NCBI GenBank assembly: GCA_013349485.1
Contig: DUZM01000009.1
Span: forward strand, 1 to 23,545
Source of the DNA: Candidatus Hydrogenedentota bacterium
Lineage (GTDB): Bacteria; Hydrogenedentota; Hydrogenedentia; Hydrogenedentales; SLHB01
DNA: 23,545 nt
Direction: 5' to 3'
Below are positions 9,742 through 18,965 of the stretch, one piece after another. The notes below the pieces were generated by a model that searched no databases, was not told where the DNA came from, and saw only the letters and a program-made list of their open reading frames with translations. A program made the position numbers and the translations under genes. Every line of letters starts with the position of its first letter. The first letter of the stretch is position 1.

Positions 9742-12700
9742 CTACTCCTCCAACGGTTCTTCTTCTTCATCGAGTTCGGCAGCCGTATCCACTTTGACCA
9801 ATTTAATGACGTCCAGGCAGAGACTCTGCATTTCCCGCATCAGTACGTTAAATGACTCCGGCGTGCCCGGTTCGACCTCGCGTTCACCTTTCACAACGGC
9901 TTCGTACGCCTTCGTGCGCCCCTGAATATCGTCCGACTTGATGGTCAACAGTTCCTGAAGCGTGTATGCCGCACCGTAAGCCTGCAGCGCCCATACCTCC
10001 ATTTCGCCGAATCGTTGCCCGCCGAATTGGGCCTTGCCCCCGAGTGGCTGCTGCGTCACCAGTGAGTACGGCCCTATGGCCCGGGCGTGGATCTTGTCGT
10101 CGACAAGATGGTTCAGTTTCATCATATAGATGTAGCCGACGGTCACCTGTTGGTCGAATACACGGCCCGTCCGGCCGTCGCGCAGCCCGATTTTCCCGGT
10201 TTCGGGAAGGTTTGCCTTCTTCAGGAAGTCGCGGATGACGTTTTCGGAGGCCCCATTGAAAACGGGCGAGGCGACTTTCATTCCGAGCGCATGCACGGCC
10301 CACCCAAGGTGGGTCTCGAGCAGTTGGCCTACATTCATGCGCGAGGGAACCCCCAGCGGATTCAGCAGGATTTGCACGGGCGTGCCGTCGGGCAGGAAAG
10401 GCATGTCCTCGGCGGGCAGGATTTTCGCAATGACGCCCTTGTTGCCGTGGCGGCCTGCTACCTTGTCGCCGACGGCCAAGCGGCGTTTTGTGGCTACAAA
10501 CACCTTTACCTGCTTGATGACGCCGGGCGGTAGTTCGTCGCCTTTCCGGAGCATGTCTATTCGGCTGTCCCGAAACGCAATGAGTTTGGCTTCCTCCATG
10601 GCGGCCATGTTAACCAGACGGGTCAGCTTCTGTTGGGTTTTCTTGTCTTCGATCTTGAGTCGCGCCAGCACGCTGTAATCGAGTTTGTCGAGATGGGCCA
10701 CTTTGATCTTTTTGCCCTTCTCGAGCGCCAATTCGTCCGTTCTGTGGTCGACGACGTCCTCAAGGATCTTGAGCCCCACAAGGTCGTCGCGCAAGAGCTT
10801 GAGAAAGATGCCGCGGATCTCGTCGATCTTTTCTTGGTATTGTTTTCGGAGTCTGTTCACTTCGGCGTTAAGCGCGGACTTCGAACCGCCGTCCGCTGTC
10901 TTGTCGCGGCGGCTACACACGCGTACGTCGACGATCACGCCTTCGGCCCCGGGCGGCAGGGTCAACGAGGCGTCCCGCACGTCCTCGGCCTTCTCGCCGA
11001 AGATGGCCCGCAGCAGCTTTTCTTCGGGCGCCAGTTCGGTTTCCCCTTTGGGGGTGACTTTGCCGACTAGGACGTCGCCGGGTTTTGCTTTTGCGCCGAT
11101 CCGGACAATCCCGTTCTCGTCCAGGTTTCTCAGAGCCTCCTCGCTCACATTCGGAATGTCGCGGGTGATTTCTTCCGGGCCGAGTTTCGTGTCCCGGGCC
11201 TCGATGTCAAACACCTGGATGTGGATTGACGAGAACACGTCTCCTTTCACCAGGTCTTCGCTGATAAGAATTGCGTCCTCGAAGTTGTAGCCTTCCCAAG
11301 GCAGGAACGCGCACAGGACGTTCCGGCCAAGGGCCAATTCGCCCCGATCGGTGGCGGGGCCGTCCGCAATGATATCGCCCGCTTCGACTTTGTCGCCCTT
11401 CTCGACGATTGGACGCTGATTGATGCAGGTGTTCTGGTTTGATCGGATGAACTTTTTGAGGTGGTATTCGTCCTCGTCCGCCCGGAACGGATTGTCTTGG
11501 GCGTCCCGTTTCGAGTGGCGGATGCGGACGATCTCGCTGTCCACGTACTCGACTACGCCGGAGCGCTCTGCGCAAACGACCGTGCCTGTGTTCTTTGCGG
11601 TTACGTGTTCAAGCCCTGTGCCGATCAGCGGCGAGTCCGTTTGAAGCAGGGGCACGGCCTGACGTTGCATATTCGAGCCCATCAGCGCCCGGTTGGCGTC
11701 GTCATGCTCGAGGAATGGGATGAGCGCTGCGGCCACGCTCACAAGCTGCTTCGTGGATACGTCCATATAGTCCACCTGTCGCGGCTCGACTTTCGGAAAG
11801 TCGCCCCGGTGACGCGCCAACACCTGCGGATTGACGAACCGCCGGCGCTTGTCGAGCGGCGCGTTCGCCTGAGCAATGATATAGTTGTCCTCGTCGTACG
11901 CGGAAAGGTACTCGACTTGACCGGCGACCTTCCCGTTGTCCACTTTGCGGTAGGGCGTCTCGAGAAAACCGTATCGATTTACGCGAGCGTACGTAGACAG
12001 CGACGCCATCAAGCCGATGTTGGGACCTTCAGGGGTCTCGATCGGGCAGATTCTACCGTAGTGCGTTGGGTGCACGTCCCGCACTTCGAAACCGGCCCGT
12101 TCGCGGCTCAACCCGCCAGGGCCCAAGGCGCTTAACCGGCGCTTATGAGTCAGCTCAGCCAGAGGATTGATCTGTTCCATGTAATGAGAGAGTTGGCTCC
12201 GGCCGAAGAAATCCTTAATTACGGCGCTGACGGGTTTTGGGTTGACTAGGCTCTGAGGCGTGAGTTGGTCTTCGTCCTGAAAATTCATGCGTTCGCGGAC
12301 GGTGCGTTCCATGCGCACCAGGCCGACGCGCACCTGATTGGCGAGCAGTTCCCCCACCGCGCGCACCCGGCGGTTGCCCAGGTGGTCGATGTCGTCTAAC
12401 ACTCCCTCGCCGCCTCGCAGCCGTACAAGATACTTAAGCGTCGCCACCACATCTTCCGGCGTTAGCGTTTTGGTTTCTTGAGGAATCTCTAACCCTAACT
12501 TCCTATTGATCTTATAGCGGCCAACCGGGGCAAAATCGTACCGGCTCGGATCGAAAAACAGCCGGCGGAAGAAAGTCCGCGTTGTTGAATCCGTTGCCGG
12601 GTCGCCAGGTCGGATGCGGGCGTAGATTTCCCGGAGAGCATCCTCTTGACTCTGGGTCGAATCCTGACATAGCGTGTTAATGATAGACGAATCCCTGGAA

Positions 12701-13602
12701 ACATCCTCTGCATTGATCAAAACCAACGTCTTTACATGAGACTTCGTGAGCCGGTCAATGGCGATCTCTGTGAGTTCTTCCGCGGCATCAACCAGAATTT
12801 CGCCGGTCTCAGGGTCGATTACGTCGCTCGCGACGATCCGGCCGGCCAGTTCCTCGATATAGATCGATCTACTCCCGATTTTGACCTTACTCCGGCCGAC
12901 GGCGGCCTCCTCGATGCGGTAGAAGAGCTTGAGAATGTCCTCGTTCTCAACGTATCCAAGGGCCCGCAGAATGGTCGTGGCCAGAATGCGCGAGCGGCGG
13001 TCAATGGTAAGCCACAGCAGGTCGTTGATGTCATACTCGAACTCGAGCCACGCGCCACGGTACGGAATGACCCGCGCAGAGAGCAGTGCTTTCCCGTTCT
13101 GGTGAATCTTGGTTTCGAAAGATACGCCGGGGGACTTGTGCAACTGACTTACGATCACCCGCTCGGCGCCGTTCACAATGAACGTCCCCGTGGGCGTCAT
13201 CAGCGGCAACTCGCCTAGAAACACTTCCTGCTCCACTATCATTCGTTCGCGGACCTCGTTCGACGTGCCGACTTCTTCATATCGGACTAGGCGAAGCAGC
13301 GCTTTCAGAGACGCCGCATACGTCAGGCCCCGCTGTTGGCATTCCTCGATGGTGTACTTGGGAGGGGTGAAAGAGTAATGGACGAACTCGAGTCGCGTCA
13401 GGTTGTCCGGGGAGGCGACAGGAAACACGTCGTGGAAAACCTCTTGAAGCCCCATGGGCAAACGCTCATCGGGAGGCACGTCCCACTGAAGGAAATCACC
13501 GTACGACTTCGTTTGAATCTCAATCAGGTCGGGGAGGTCCATTTCGTCGGGTATGCGCCCAAGAAAGGGACGGTCTTTGGACATATCGTGCGCTACAGCC
13601 AT
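9742..13602 (-). CDS. rpoB: DNA-directed RNA polymerase subunit beta
   Basis: The 1286-aa product matches typical beta-subunit blocks throughout, for example the N-terminal [39 protein letters not shown]. Its stop is 3 nt upstream of the rpoC start. The RBS is AGGAGA. Confidence 0.98.
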   Translation of the reverse strand: MAVAHDMSKDRPFLGRIPDEMDLPDLIEIQTKSYGDFLQWDVPPDERLPMGLQEVFHDVFPVASPDNLTRLEFVHYSFTPPKYTIEECQQRGLTYAASLKALLRLVRYEEVGTSNEVRERMIVEQEVFLGELPLMTPTGTFIVNGAERVIVSQLHKSPGVSFETKIHQNGKALLSARVIPYRGAWLEFEYDINDLLWLTIDRRSRILATTILRALGYVENEDILKLFYRIEEAAVGRSKVKIGSRSIYIEELAGRIVASDVIDPETGEILVDAAEELTEIAIDRLTKSHVKTLVLINAEDVSRDSSIINTLCQDSTQSQEDALREIYARIRPGDPATDSTTRTFFRRLFFDPSRYDFAPVGRYKINRKLGLEIPQETKTLTPEDVVATLKYLVRLRGGEGVLDDIDHLGNRRVRAVGELLANQVRVGLVRMERTVRERMNFQDEDQLTPQSLVNPKPVSAVIKDFFGRSQLSHYMEQINPLAELTHKRRLSALGPGGLSRERAGFEVRDVHPTHYGRICPIETPEGPNIGLMASLSTYARVNRYGFLETPYRKVDNGKVAGQVEYLSAYDEDNYIIAQANAPLDKRRRFVNPQVLARHRGDFPKVEPRQVDYMDVSTKQLVSVAAALIPFLEHDDANRALMGSNMQRQAVPLLQTDSPLIGTGLEHVTAKNTGTVVCAERSGVVEYVDSEIVRIRHSKRDAQDNPFRADEDEYHLKKFIRSNQNTCINQRPIVEKGDKVEAGDIIADGPATDRGELALGRNVLCAFLPWEGYNFEDAILISEDLVKGDVFSSIHIQVFDIEARDTKLGPEEITRDIPNVSEEALRNLDENGIVRIGAKAKPGDVLVGKVTPKGETELAPEEKLLRAIFGEKAEDVRDASLTLPPGAEGVIVDVRVCSRRDKTADGGSKSALNAEVNRLRKQYQEKIDEIRGIFLKLLRDDLVGLKILEDVVDHRTDELALEKGKKIKVAHLDKLDYSVLARLKIEDKKTQQKLTRLVNMAAMEEAKLIAFRDSRIDMLRKGDELPPGVIKQVKVFVATKRRLAVGDKVAGRHGNKGVIAKILPAEDMPFLPDGTPVQILLNPLGVPSRMNVGQLLETHLGWAVHALGMKVASPVFNGASENVIRDFLKKANLPETGKIGLRDGRTGRVFDQQVTVGYIYMMKLNHLVDDKIHARAIGPYSLVTQQPLGGKAQFGGQRFGEMEVWALQAYGAAYTLQELLTIKSDDIQGRTKAYEAVVKGEREVEPGTPESFNVLMREMQSLCLDVIKLVKVDTAAELDEEEEPLEE

Positions 13603-13764
13603 GCAGACGGATCTCCTAATCGATTGGGCTATTGATAGTTAAGACATGTTGGGGCGGACACACCCCCACACGGCGTCAACGTGATCTCGGGGTTTGCCTA
13701 AGGAAATCGCCACATCCGGTCTCTTTGACGAAGACAGATCTCTCCTTTTGGAAGCCAAACAAAA

Positions 13765-13794
13765 ACTATACCAAAAAACCATAGCCTATGTCAA
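13765..13794 (-). promoter_or_regulatory. Strong sigma70-like promoter candidate for rpoB-rpoC
   Basis: On the minus strand: TTGACA (13794-13789), an 18-nt spacer, then TATAGT (13770-13765). This predicts a ~150-nt leader before the rpoB ATG at 13602. Confidence 0.4.
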
Positions 13795-13877
13795 ATATCC
13801 GGGAAAGAATTTTCTGGGAACAGCCCTGCGCGTCAATACCCCAGAATCTCACGCAGGCCTACTGCGCCATGCGCACA

Positions 13878-14642
13878 TCACCAAACTGTACACCCGCCGT
13901 CTACTACGAGGTTTTGGCCTGTTATGTAAGACGCGCCGCTCGAAAGCAGAAAAGCGACGGGCGTCACAAGTTCCTCCGGATTGCCGATTCGTCCGAGGGG
14001 TATCTTGTTCTCGAGGCGCGAGATAAAGTTGAGGTCTTGGCGAACGTCGCCGCTGGGAAATGCCCCCGGGCTGATCGCGTTGACTCGTATGGCGTATTTG
14101 GCGAGATAACATGCCGCGTATTTTGTGAATTGGATGAGTGCGGCTTTGCCGGCGCCGTAATTTGGGGGGTTATTGAATTGCGGGGACTCGGCATAGGCTC
14201 GGGGATCGGGAGATACGATGCCGTAGATGGAAGCGACGTTTACCACGGCGCCTTTTGTTTCCTTCAGAAATGGCAGCGCGCTTTGGAGCATCGTGAATGC
14301 AACGCCAACTGCGCCGTCAATGCCCGAACGCCACTGGTCGATGGTCATGGTCTCGAGGGAACCGCCTTCGCCAAAGTAGGCGTTATTGACCAGACCATGG
14401 ATGCGTGTGCGATCCGATTTAAGTCGGGCAAAGGTGTCTGCGATACTGGTCTCGTCGGCCAAATCGACGTAGCAGACCTCGATGCCGTTTCCTCGGAGGG
14501 CCTCGAGTTTGTCTGTCTTCCTGTCGTCTCTGGCCGTGGCTATAACCGTTGCGCCGAGTTCGCGCAGGCCGATGGCAATCGGAAAGCCAAGATGCCCCGT
14601 GCCCCCCGTTACAAGTACGGTCTTGCCGCCTAGATCGATCAT
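13878..14642 (-). CDS. SDR family NAD(P)-dependent oxidoreductase
   Basis: The likely start is MIDLGGKTVLVTGGTGHLG, which is the Rossmann TGxxGxxG motif. The NNA motif and the catalytic YGAGK (YxxxK) are present. The ORF track's upstream extension to 14723 lacks SDR-like sequence. The start lies 1 nt from the upstream AKR stop. Confidence 0.85.
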   Translation of the reverse strand: MIDLGGKTVLVTGGTGHLGFPIAIGLRELGATVIATARDDRKTDKLEALRGNGIEVCYVDLADETSIADTFARLKSDRTRIHGLVNNAYFGEGGSLETMTIDQWRSGIDGAVGVAFTMLQSALPFLKETKGAVVNVASIYGIVSPDPRAYAESPQFNNPPNYGAGKAALIQFTKYAACYLAKYAIRVNAISPGAFPSGDVRQDLNFISRLENKIPLGRIGNPEELVTPVAFLLSSGASYITGQNLVVDGGCTVW

Positions 14643-14643
14643 G

Positions 14644-15534
14644 TTATAGCTCCCATTTTGAGGGGTTGACAAGGGCCTCGTCATGTATCGAGAACGGCGA
14701 GAAGTCGAACTCGAGGCCCGCAATCGAGGCGAAGTCGGCCGCGTTCTTCTTGAACTCGTTGGACGTACGTACGCCCATCAGCACAATATCCACTTCCGGC
14801 TGTTGATTCACAAAACAGAGCGCGGCCTGCACGAGGGACAGGCCGGTTTCGTTGACAAACGAATCGAGTCGGTGTCTGGTTTCCGCCACCGCACTGAGCG
14901 GGGCGGGGATAGTGGATTCAGGCATCAGGAGCAGCCCCTGTAAGAAAACCGAGCGCGCATGGATCTCGATGCCTTTCTGCTTCAGGACGCTCAGCAGGCC
15001 GCTCTCGATAAAGCGTTGGTCAAGGATGCTCAGAGGCAGTTGAATGAGGTCGATATCGTACCTGGCTAGAAGCGCCTCGAGTTGGGCGGGCTCGTATACG
15101 GAAACGCCTCGTTTCCCGACGCGGGCCTCTTGTTTGAGCCGGCCCATCGCTTCGAATACGAATTCGCCCCCGGGGACAAGCAGATTGTTTGCGTCATGCA
15201 CCAGTAATGCGTCCACGGAAGATTGGCGCAAGTTCGCCAAAGACCGTTCAAAAGTACGCTCGACCTCCTCGGCTTCCGCTCGCGAAATCCGGGCGCTGCC
15301 AAACTGCGGCGTTTTCGTGACGATGCGGAAGTCATGACTGCCCAGTTGAGCCAGAGCGTCGCCCAAGACGGCCTCGCTTCCGCCGTAGCAAGGTGCGGTA
15401 TCCAGCGTTTGGATGTGGCTGCTCCGAGCCGACTCGAGGATGGTCAGGACCTCTTCGGGCGTGGTTTGCCCCAATGTGTTCGCGATGCCGTAGTCCATTC
15501 CAAAATGGACGGTTCCCAAGCCAAGCTTTGCCAT
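14644..15534 (-). CDS. Aldo/keto reductase family oxidoreductase
   Basis: The likely start MAKLGLGTVHFGMDYG is a typical AKR N-terminus and the rest is AKR-like throughout. The ORF track's upstream extension (MQRRIHVQLRRCARR...) is Arg-rich and probably not coding. Confidence 0.8.
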   Translation of the reverse strand: MAKLGLGTVHFGMDYGIANTLGQTTPEEVLTILESARSSHIQTLDTAPCYGGSEAVLGDALAQLGSHDFRIVTKTPQFGSARISRAEAEEVERTFERSLANLRQSSVDALLVHDANNLLVPGGEFVFEAMGRLKQEARVGKRGVSVYEPAQLEALLARYDIDLIQLPLSILDQRFIESGLLSVLKQKGIEIHARSVFLQGLLLMPESTIPAPLSAVAETRHRLDSFVNETGLSLVQAALCFVNQQPEVDIVLMGVRTSNEFKKNAADFASIAGLEFDFSPFSIHDEALVNPSKWEL

Positions 15535-15550
15535 ATCCTCAATACCTAAG

Positions 15551-15576
15551 GCAAAATAGACGGGCCCGAGGCCCGT
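15551..15576 (-). terminator. Intrinsic terminator after the NYN gene
   Basis: On the minus strand the GC stem ACGGGCC-tcg-GGCCCGT is followed by CUAUUUUGCC. It lies between the NYN stop (15710) and the AKR start (15534). Confidence 0.45.
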
Positions 15577-15709
15577 GCAGGCCCGACGAGCGCAACGCCG
15601 CAGTTGCACGTGGATGCGCCGCTGCACTAGGATTTGTTCGGGCTAGTAGGGCTGGCGACCGTAAGACAAATCCGTGTGGTAGCCTCTGTGCTTGGCTGGC
15701 TATCGCGAA

Positions 15710-16237
15710 TTACTCCTCGAGCTTCTTCCGCAACTTTCGCAGGCGCCGTAAGGCCGATTCGTCGAGGTGGTCCTCGACGCGGCTTAGGTCGCCCGGTGTT
15801 TGATACAAGTGTTTGGTGGTTGTCTTTAGTTCCTTGGACGCCGCTTCGACTTCGGCGAGGAAGTTCGTGGGGGCCATCACGAGGGCGCCAAGGGCTCGGC
15901 ACAAGTCGCGTATGCCGCGATCGCCGCTGACTATCACGAGTTCCCGGCGGTTGGTTGCGGAAAAGACCTCGCGCTCGATGACGGTGTCGGCGGACTGATG
16001 TCCCGGTGAATAGACGATCTCGAGGCCGGGCGCTCCGCGGAAAGGCGCCTCCGTTTCCGACTGGCGGCCGCGGCCGTCGAAAATGACCCGGACGCGGTGT
16101 CCCGTGGCCGCACAGAACCGTGCCGCAGTTTCGATTAAACTGTCGCGGGCCGTCTCAAAATCATGTCTCGCCAGCGCCTGGAGCTTCGGACAATAGTGAA
16201 TCACGTTGTACGCATCGATATAGTAAGTATATGCCAT
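15710..16237 (-). CDS. NYN-domain (YacP/Rae1-like) predicted RNase
   Basis: The N-terminus MAYTYYIDAYNVIHY matches the YacP-like NYN/PIN signature (LLVDGYNVI). The product is 175 aa. Its start is 9 nt downstream of the alr stop. Confidence 0.75.
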   Translation of the reverse strand: MAYTYYIDAYNVIHYCPKLQALARHDFETARDSLIETAARFCAATGHRVRVIFDGRGRQSETEAPFRGAPGLEIVYSPGHQSADTVIEREVFSATNRRELVIVSGDRGIRDLCRALGALVMAPTNFLAEVEAASKELKTTTKHLYQTPGDLSRVEDHLDESALRRLRKLRKKLEE

Positions 16238-16246
16238 GCAATGCGC

Positions 16247-17368
16247 TCAGTTGACGTAGACCCGCTCGACGCGCGGGCCAATGCCGGTGAGAATGTCGTA
16301 CGGTACAGTCTGGGCGCGCTCCGCCAGTTCTTCCACCGAGATCCACTCGTTGCCGTCTGTGCCGACCAGGACGGCCGTGTCGCCTGCCGAAACATTTTGG
16401 ACTTCGCTCACGTCGACGACGATCTGATCCATGGATACGCTGCCGCGCACCGGACATCGTTTGCCGCGAATCAACACATCCGCGCGGTTGCCGAGGCCGT
16501 ATTTGTACCCGTCGGCGTAGCCCACGGGGATGACGGCGGCCCGCATGTGGTTCTCGCTCTTGTAGGTACGGCCGTAGCCGACGCTTGAACCCGCTTCGAG
16601 TTCCTTGACGAGTGTGATGCGGGCTTCCCAACGCAGCGCGGGGTGCAGCGCCACGCCTTCAGGACGGTTGCCGGTAGGCCAAACCCCGTACGTCATCAGG
16701 CCGGGCCGTACCATGTCAAAGGCGCTCGTCGGGTAGTTGATAATCGCGGCGCTGTTCGCCGCGTGCGCCGTCTCATAGGGAATGCCGATCTTGTCGAGTT
16801 GGCGCAGCAGTTGCTTGAAAAGCCGAATCTGGTTCAGCGTGAAGTCATCGTCCGGGGCGTCGGCGACCGGGAAGTGGGTGGCGATTCCTTCGATATCGAT
16901 GTTCGAAATGCGCGTTAGATACTCGAGTTCGGCAGTGACGGAGTCGATATCGAAGCCTTGACGCCCCATTCCCGAGTCGATTTTGCAGTGAATTGGGAGT
17001 ACTTTGTTAGCGCGTCGAGCGTGTTCGCCCACCCGTTCCGCGGCGCTTGTGTCCGAAATCATGAGGCGAAGATCGTGCACAACCGCCGCGATCAGGCCGT
17101 CGGGCGGCGGTTGGCCCAATACCAGTATCGGGGCCGTGATGCCCGCTTCACGCAAGGCAATCCCTTCATTGACGGTTGCCACGCCCAGCATCTCGACGCC
17201 ATACTCGACGGCGCGCCGGGCCACCGGAATCGCGCCGTGTCCGTATCCGTCCGCCTTGACAACGGCCTGAATGGCGCAGTTTCTGGGAATCAGGCGCTGA
17301 ACAACGCTCAGGTTATGGCTGTAGGCGGCCAAGTCGACAATCGCGCGCGTTGGGGAGGCCATCTGCAT
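16247..17368 (-). CDS. alr: Alanine racemase
   Basis: The PLP-lysine motif VVKADGYGHG is near the N-terminus. The product is 373 aa and alanine-racemase-like throughout. Confidence 0.9.
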   Translation of the reverse strand: MQMASPTRAIVDLAAYSHNLSVVQRLIPRNCAIQAVVKADGYGHGAIPVARRAVEYGVEMLGVATVNEGIALREAGITAPILVLGQPPPDGLIAAVVHDLRLMISDTSAAERVGEHARRANKVLPIHCKIDSGMGRQGFDIDSVTAELEYLTRISNIDIEGIATHFPVADAPDDDFTLNQIRLFKQLLRQLDKIGIPYETAHAANSAAIINYPTSAFDMVRPGLMTYGVWPTGNRPEGVALHPALRWEARITLVKELEAGSSVGYGRTYKSENHMRAAVIPVGYADGYKYGLGNRADVLIRGKRCPVRGSVSMDQIVVDVSEVQNVSAGDTAVLVGTDGNEWISVEELAERAQTVPYDILTGIGPRVERVYVN

Positions 17369-17369
17369 G

Positions 17370-17969
17370 TTACAGATCCCGCAGGCGCAGCGCCTGCCAG
17401 TTTATGCGGACGAATTTGTAGCCGGAGTACAGCGTGAAAAAACCCACAAGTATTATGGCCCAGTACGAAGCGTGCCACACCGCCGTCTGAAAAAACCCAG
17501 TAAACGCCGCGTCCGCAAAGAACATTGTCAGCGCCTTGGCCACAATCGCGAAGAATAGAAAGGCAAATATGTACACCATTTGGATGATGGCCTTGGTTTT
17601 GCCCCACACATTCGCCCCGATAACCACACCTTCCGACGCCGCCAGTGACCGTGCCCCCGTGATCAGAAACTCGCGGGCAAGGATCACCACAACCGCCCAC
17701 GCCGGCATCCGAAGTTCGTCCAGCGTCATCAAAACCAGGAACCCGGCCGCCAGCAAGACCTTATCCGCGACGGGGTCGAAAAGTTTCCCGAAATTCGTGA
17801 CGAGATTCCGCTCGCGCGCGATCTTGCCGTCGTAGTAATCCGTGATTGTGGCGGCGACGAAAACCGGATAGGCAAGGATGTAGGCCACGACATGATCGAC
17901 CGCCATGAGGCCGACAAAGACGAATGTCATGAAGAACCGTGCAAGTGTAAGCTGGTTTGCAGGGTTCAT
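17370..17969 (-). CDS. pgsA: CDP-diacylglycerol--glycerol-3-phosphate 3-phosphatidyltransferase (CDP-alcohol phosphatidyltransferase family)
   Basis: The CDP-OH phosphatidyltransferase signature DYYDGKIAR...NFGKLFDPVADK is present. The product is a 199-aa polytopic membrane protein. Its stop abuts the alr start. Confidence 0.8.
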   Translation of the reverse strand: MNPANQLTLARFFMTFVFVGLMAVDHVVAYILAYPVFVAATITDYYDGKIARERNLVTNFGKLFDPVADKVLLAAGFLVLMTLDELRMPAWAVVVILAREFLITGARSLAASEGVVIGANVWGKTKAIIQMVYIFAFLFFAIVAKALTMFFADAAFTGFFQTAVWHASYWAIILVGFFTLYSGYKFVRINWQALRLRDL

Positions 17970-18204
17970 AGCCTATCCGTGCTGAGAGATGCGCGTTCCA
18001 ATTGCATCCTCCCAATTTGCCTCGGATGTGGCCCCGAAGCGCGTGACCAGCGACAGTAACGAACCCGGGGACATTGTACCAAAGTCCGCGGCAAGTAAGG
18101 AACCTCTTGCAGGGCAGAGGCATAGTGTCGAACCGCGCTGTTGGCGGGTCGGGGCGCGGCGTGCGTAGTCGGGTGTGCATCGTGCGGGAAAATGCATATT
18201 GCGA

Positions 18205-18233
18205 TTGACAGATACCTGCAATGAATATATCAT
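18205..18233 (+). promoter_or_regulatory. Sigma70-like promoter for the NfeD-flotillin operon
   Basis: Consensus TTGACA (18205-18210), a 17-nt spacer, then TATCAT (18228-18233). It lies ~85 nt upstream of the ATG at 18321. Confidence 0.45.
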
Positions 18234-18320
18234 CTTCCTAAGTGTATAGAGCTAGCGGAACGTTGGTCGGATTTCGGTCGAGAGCGGATCGATCTGGCCA
18301 ATTTTTCCAGGAGTCCGGTC

Positions 18321-18941
18321 ATGATGACATTCTTCGTTGTTTGCGCGGCCGCAGGCGGCACGATAATGGTGCTTCAGCTTCTTCTCTCGCTGATCGGCCT
18401 TGGCGGCGACCACGACATAGACGTTCACGACGGCCACGTCGATTTCGGCGGCCATAGCATCGATATGGGCGACCATGATTTCGGCGATTACCACTTGGCA
18501 GGCGATCACGCCGACCACGGCTCGTCCGCGTTTTTCGGGGTGCTTAGCTTTCGTTCGCTGGTGGCGGCGGTGACGTTTTTTGGGCTTGGTGGCACGGCGG
18601 CGCTGGCGTCCGATCTGCCCGTGTCCCTCTCTGTGGCGATCGGGTGCGGCTGCGGCGCGGGGGCGATGGTGCTTGTGGGATGGCTCATGCGTCTCTTGCA
18701 TACGCTCGGTGAAGAAGGCAACGTCCAGATCGAGCGCGCGGTGGGCCAGACCGCCACCGTGTACCTGTCCGTTCCGGGCAAAAGAAAGGGCGCCGGCAAA
18801 GTGACCGTGAAGCTTCAGAACCGCACCATGGAATACCAGGCAATTACGTCGAACGCGAAAGAGTTGCCGACCGGGGCTCACGTCGTAGTGGTGGGCGTGG
18901 CAAGTCCGGACACGCTCGAGGTGGCCGAGGCGTCCGATTAG
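18321..18941 (+). CDS. YqiJ/NfeD-like inner-membrane protein (flotillin partner)
   Basis: The 206-aa product has an N-terminal TM helix. It is followed by a His/Asp-rich loop (GGDHDIDVHDGHVDFGGHSIDMGDHDFGDYHLAGDHADHG), further TM segments, and a C-terminal beta-rich, OB-like domain. The RBS is AGGAG. It lies directly upstream of a flotillin gene, as in yqiJ-yqiK operons. Confidence 0.7.
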   Translation: MMTFFVVCAAAGGTIMVLQLLLSLIGLGGDHDIDVHDGHVDFGGHSIDMGDHDFGDYHLAGDHADHGSSAFFGVLSFRSLVAAVTFFGLGGTAALASDLPVSLSVAIGCGCGAGAMVLVGWLMRLLHTLGEEGNVQIERAVGQTATVYLSVPGKRKGAGKVTVKLQNRTMEYQAITSNAKELPTGAHVVVVGVASPDTLEVAEASD

Positions 18942-18965
18942 CGGCGGCTCGGAAGGAGAACTACC

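Noticed and set aside
13788-14633. A 281-aa plus-strand ORF overlapping the SDR gene. A second plus-strand ORF lies at 13694..14026.
   Set aside because: It is antisense to a well-supported SDR, which has TGxxGxxG and YxxxK. It has no recognisable motifs and overlaps the rpoB promoter region.
14723-15627. The longer N-terminal extensions given by the ORF track for the SDR (start 14723), the AKR (start 15627) and the response regulator (start 21854).
   Set aside because: The extensions are Arg-rich, low-complexity and lack an RBS. Internal starts coincide with canonical family N-termini and Shine-Dalgarno motifs. For the SDR, the extension would also overlap the AKR coding sequence.
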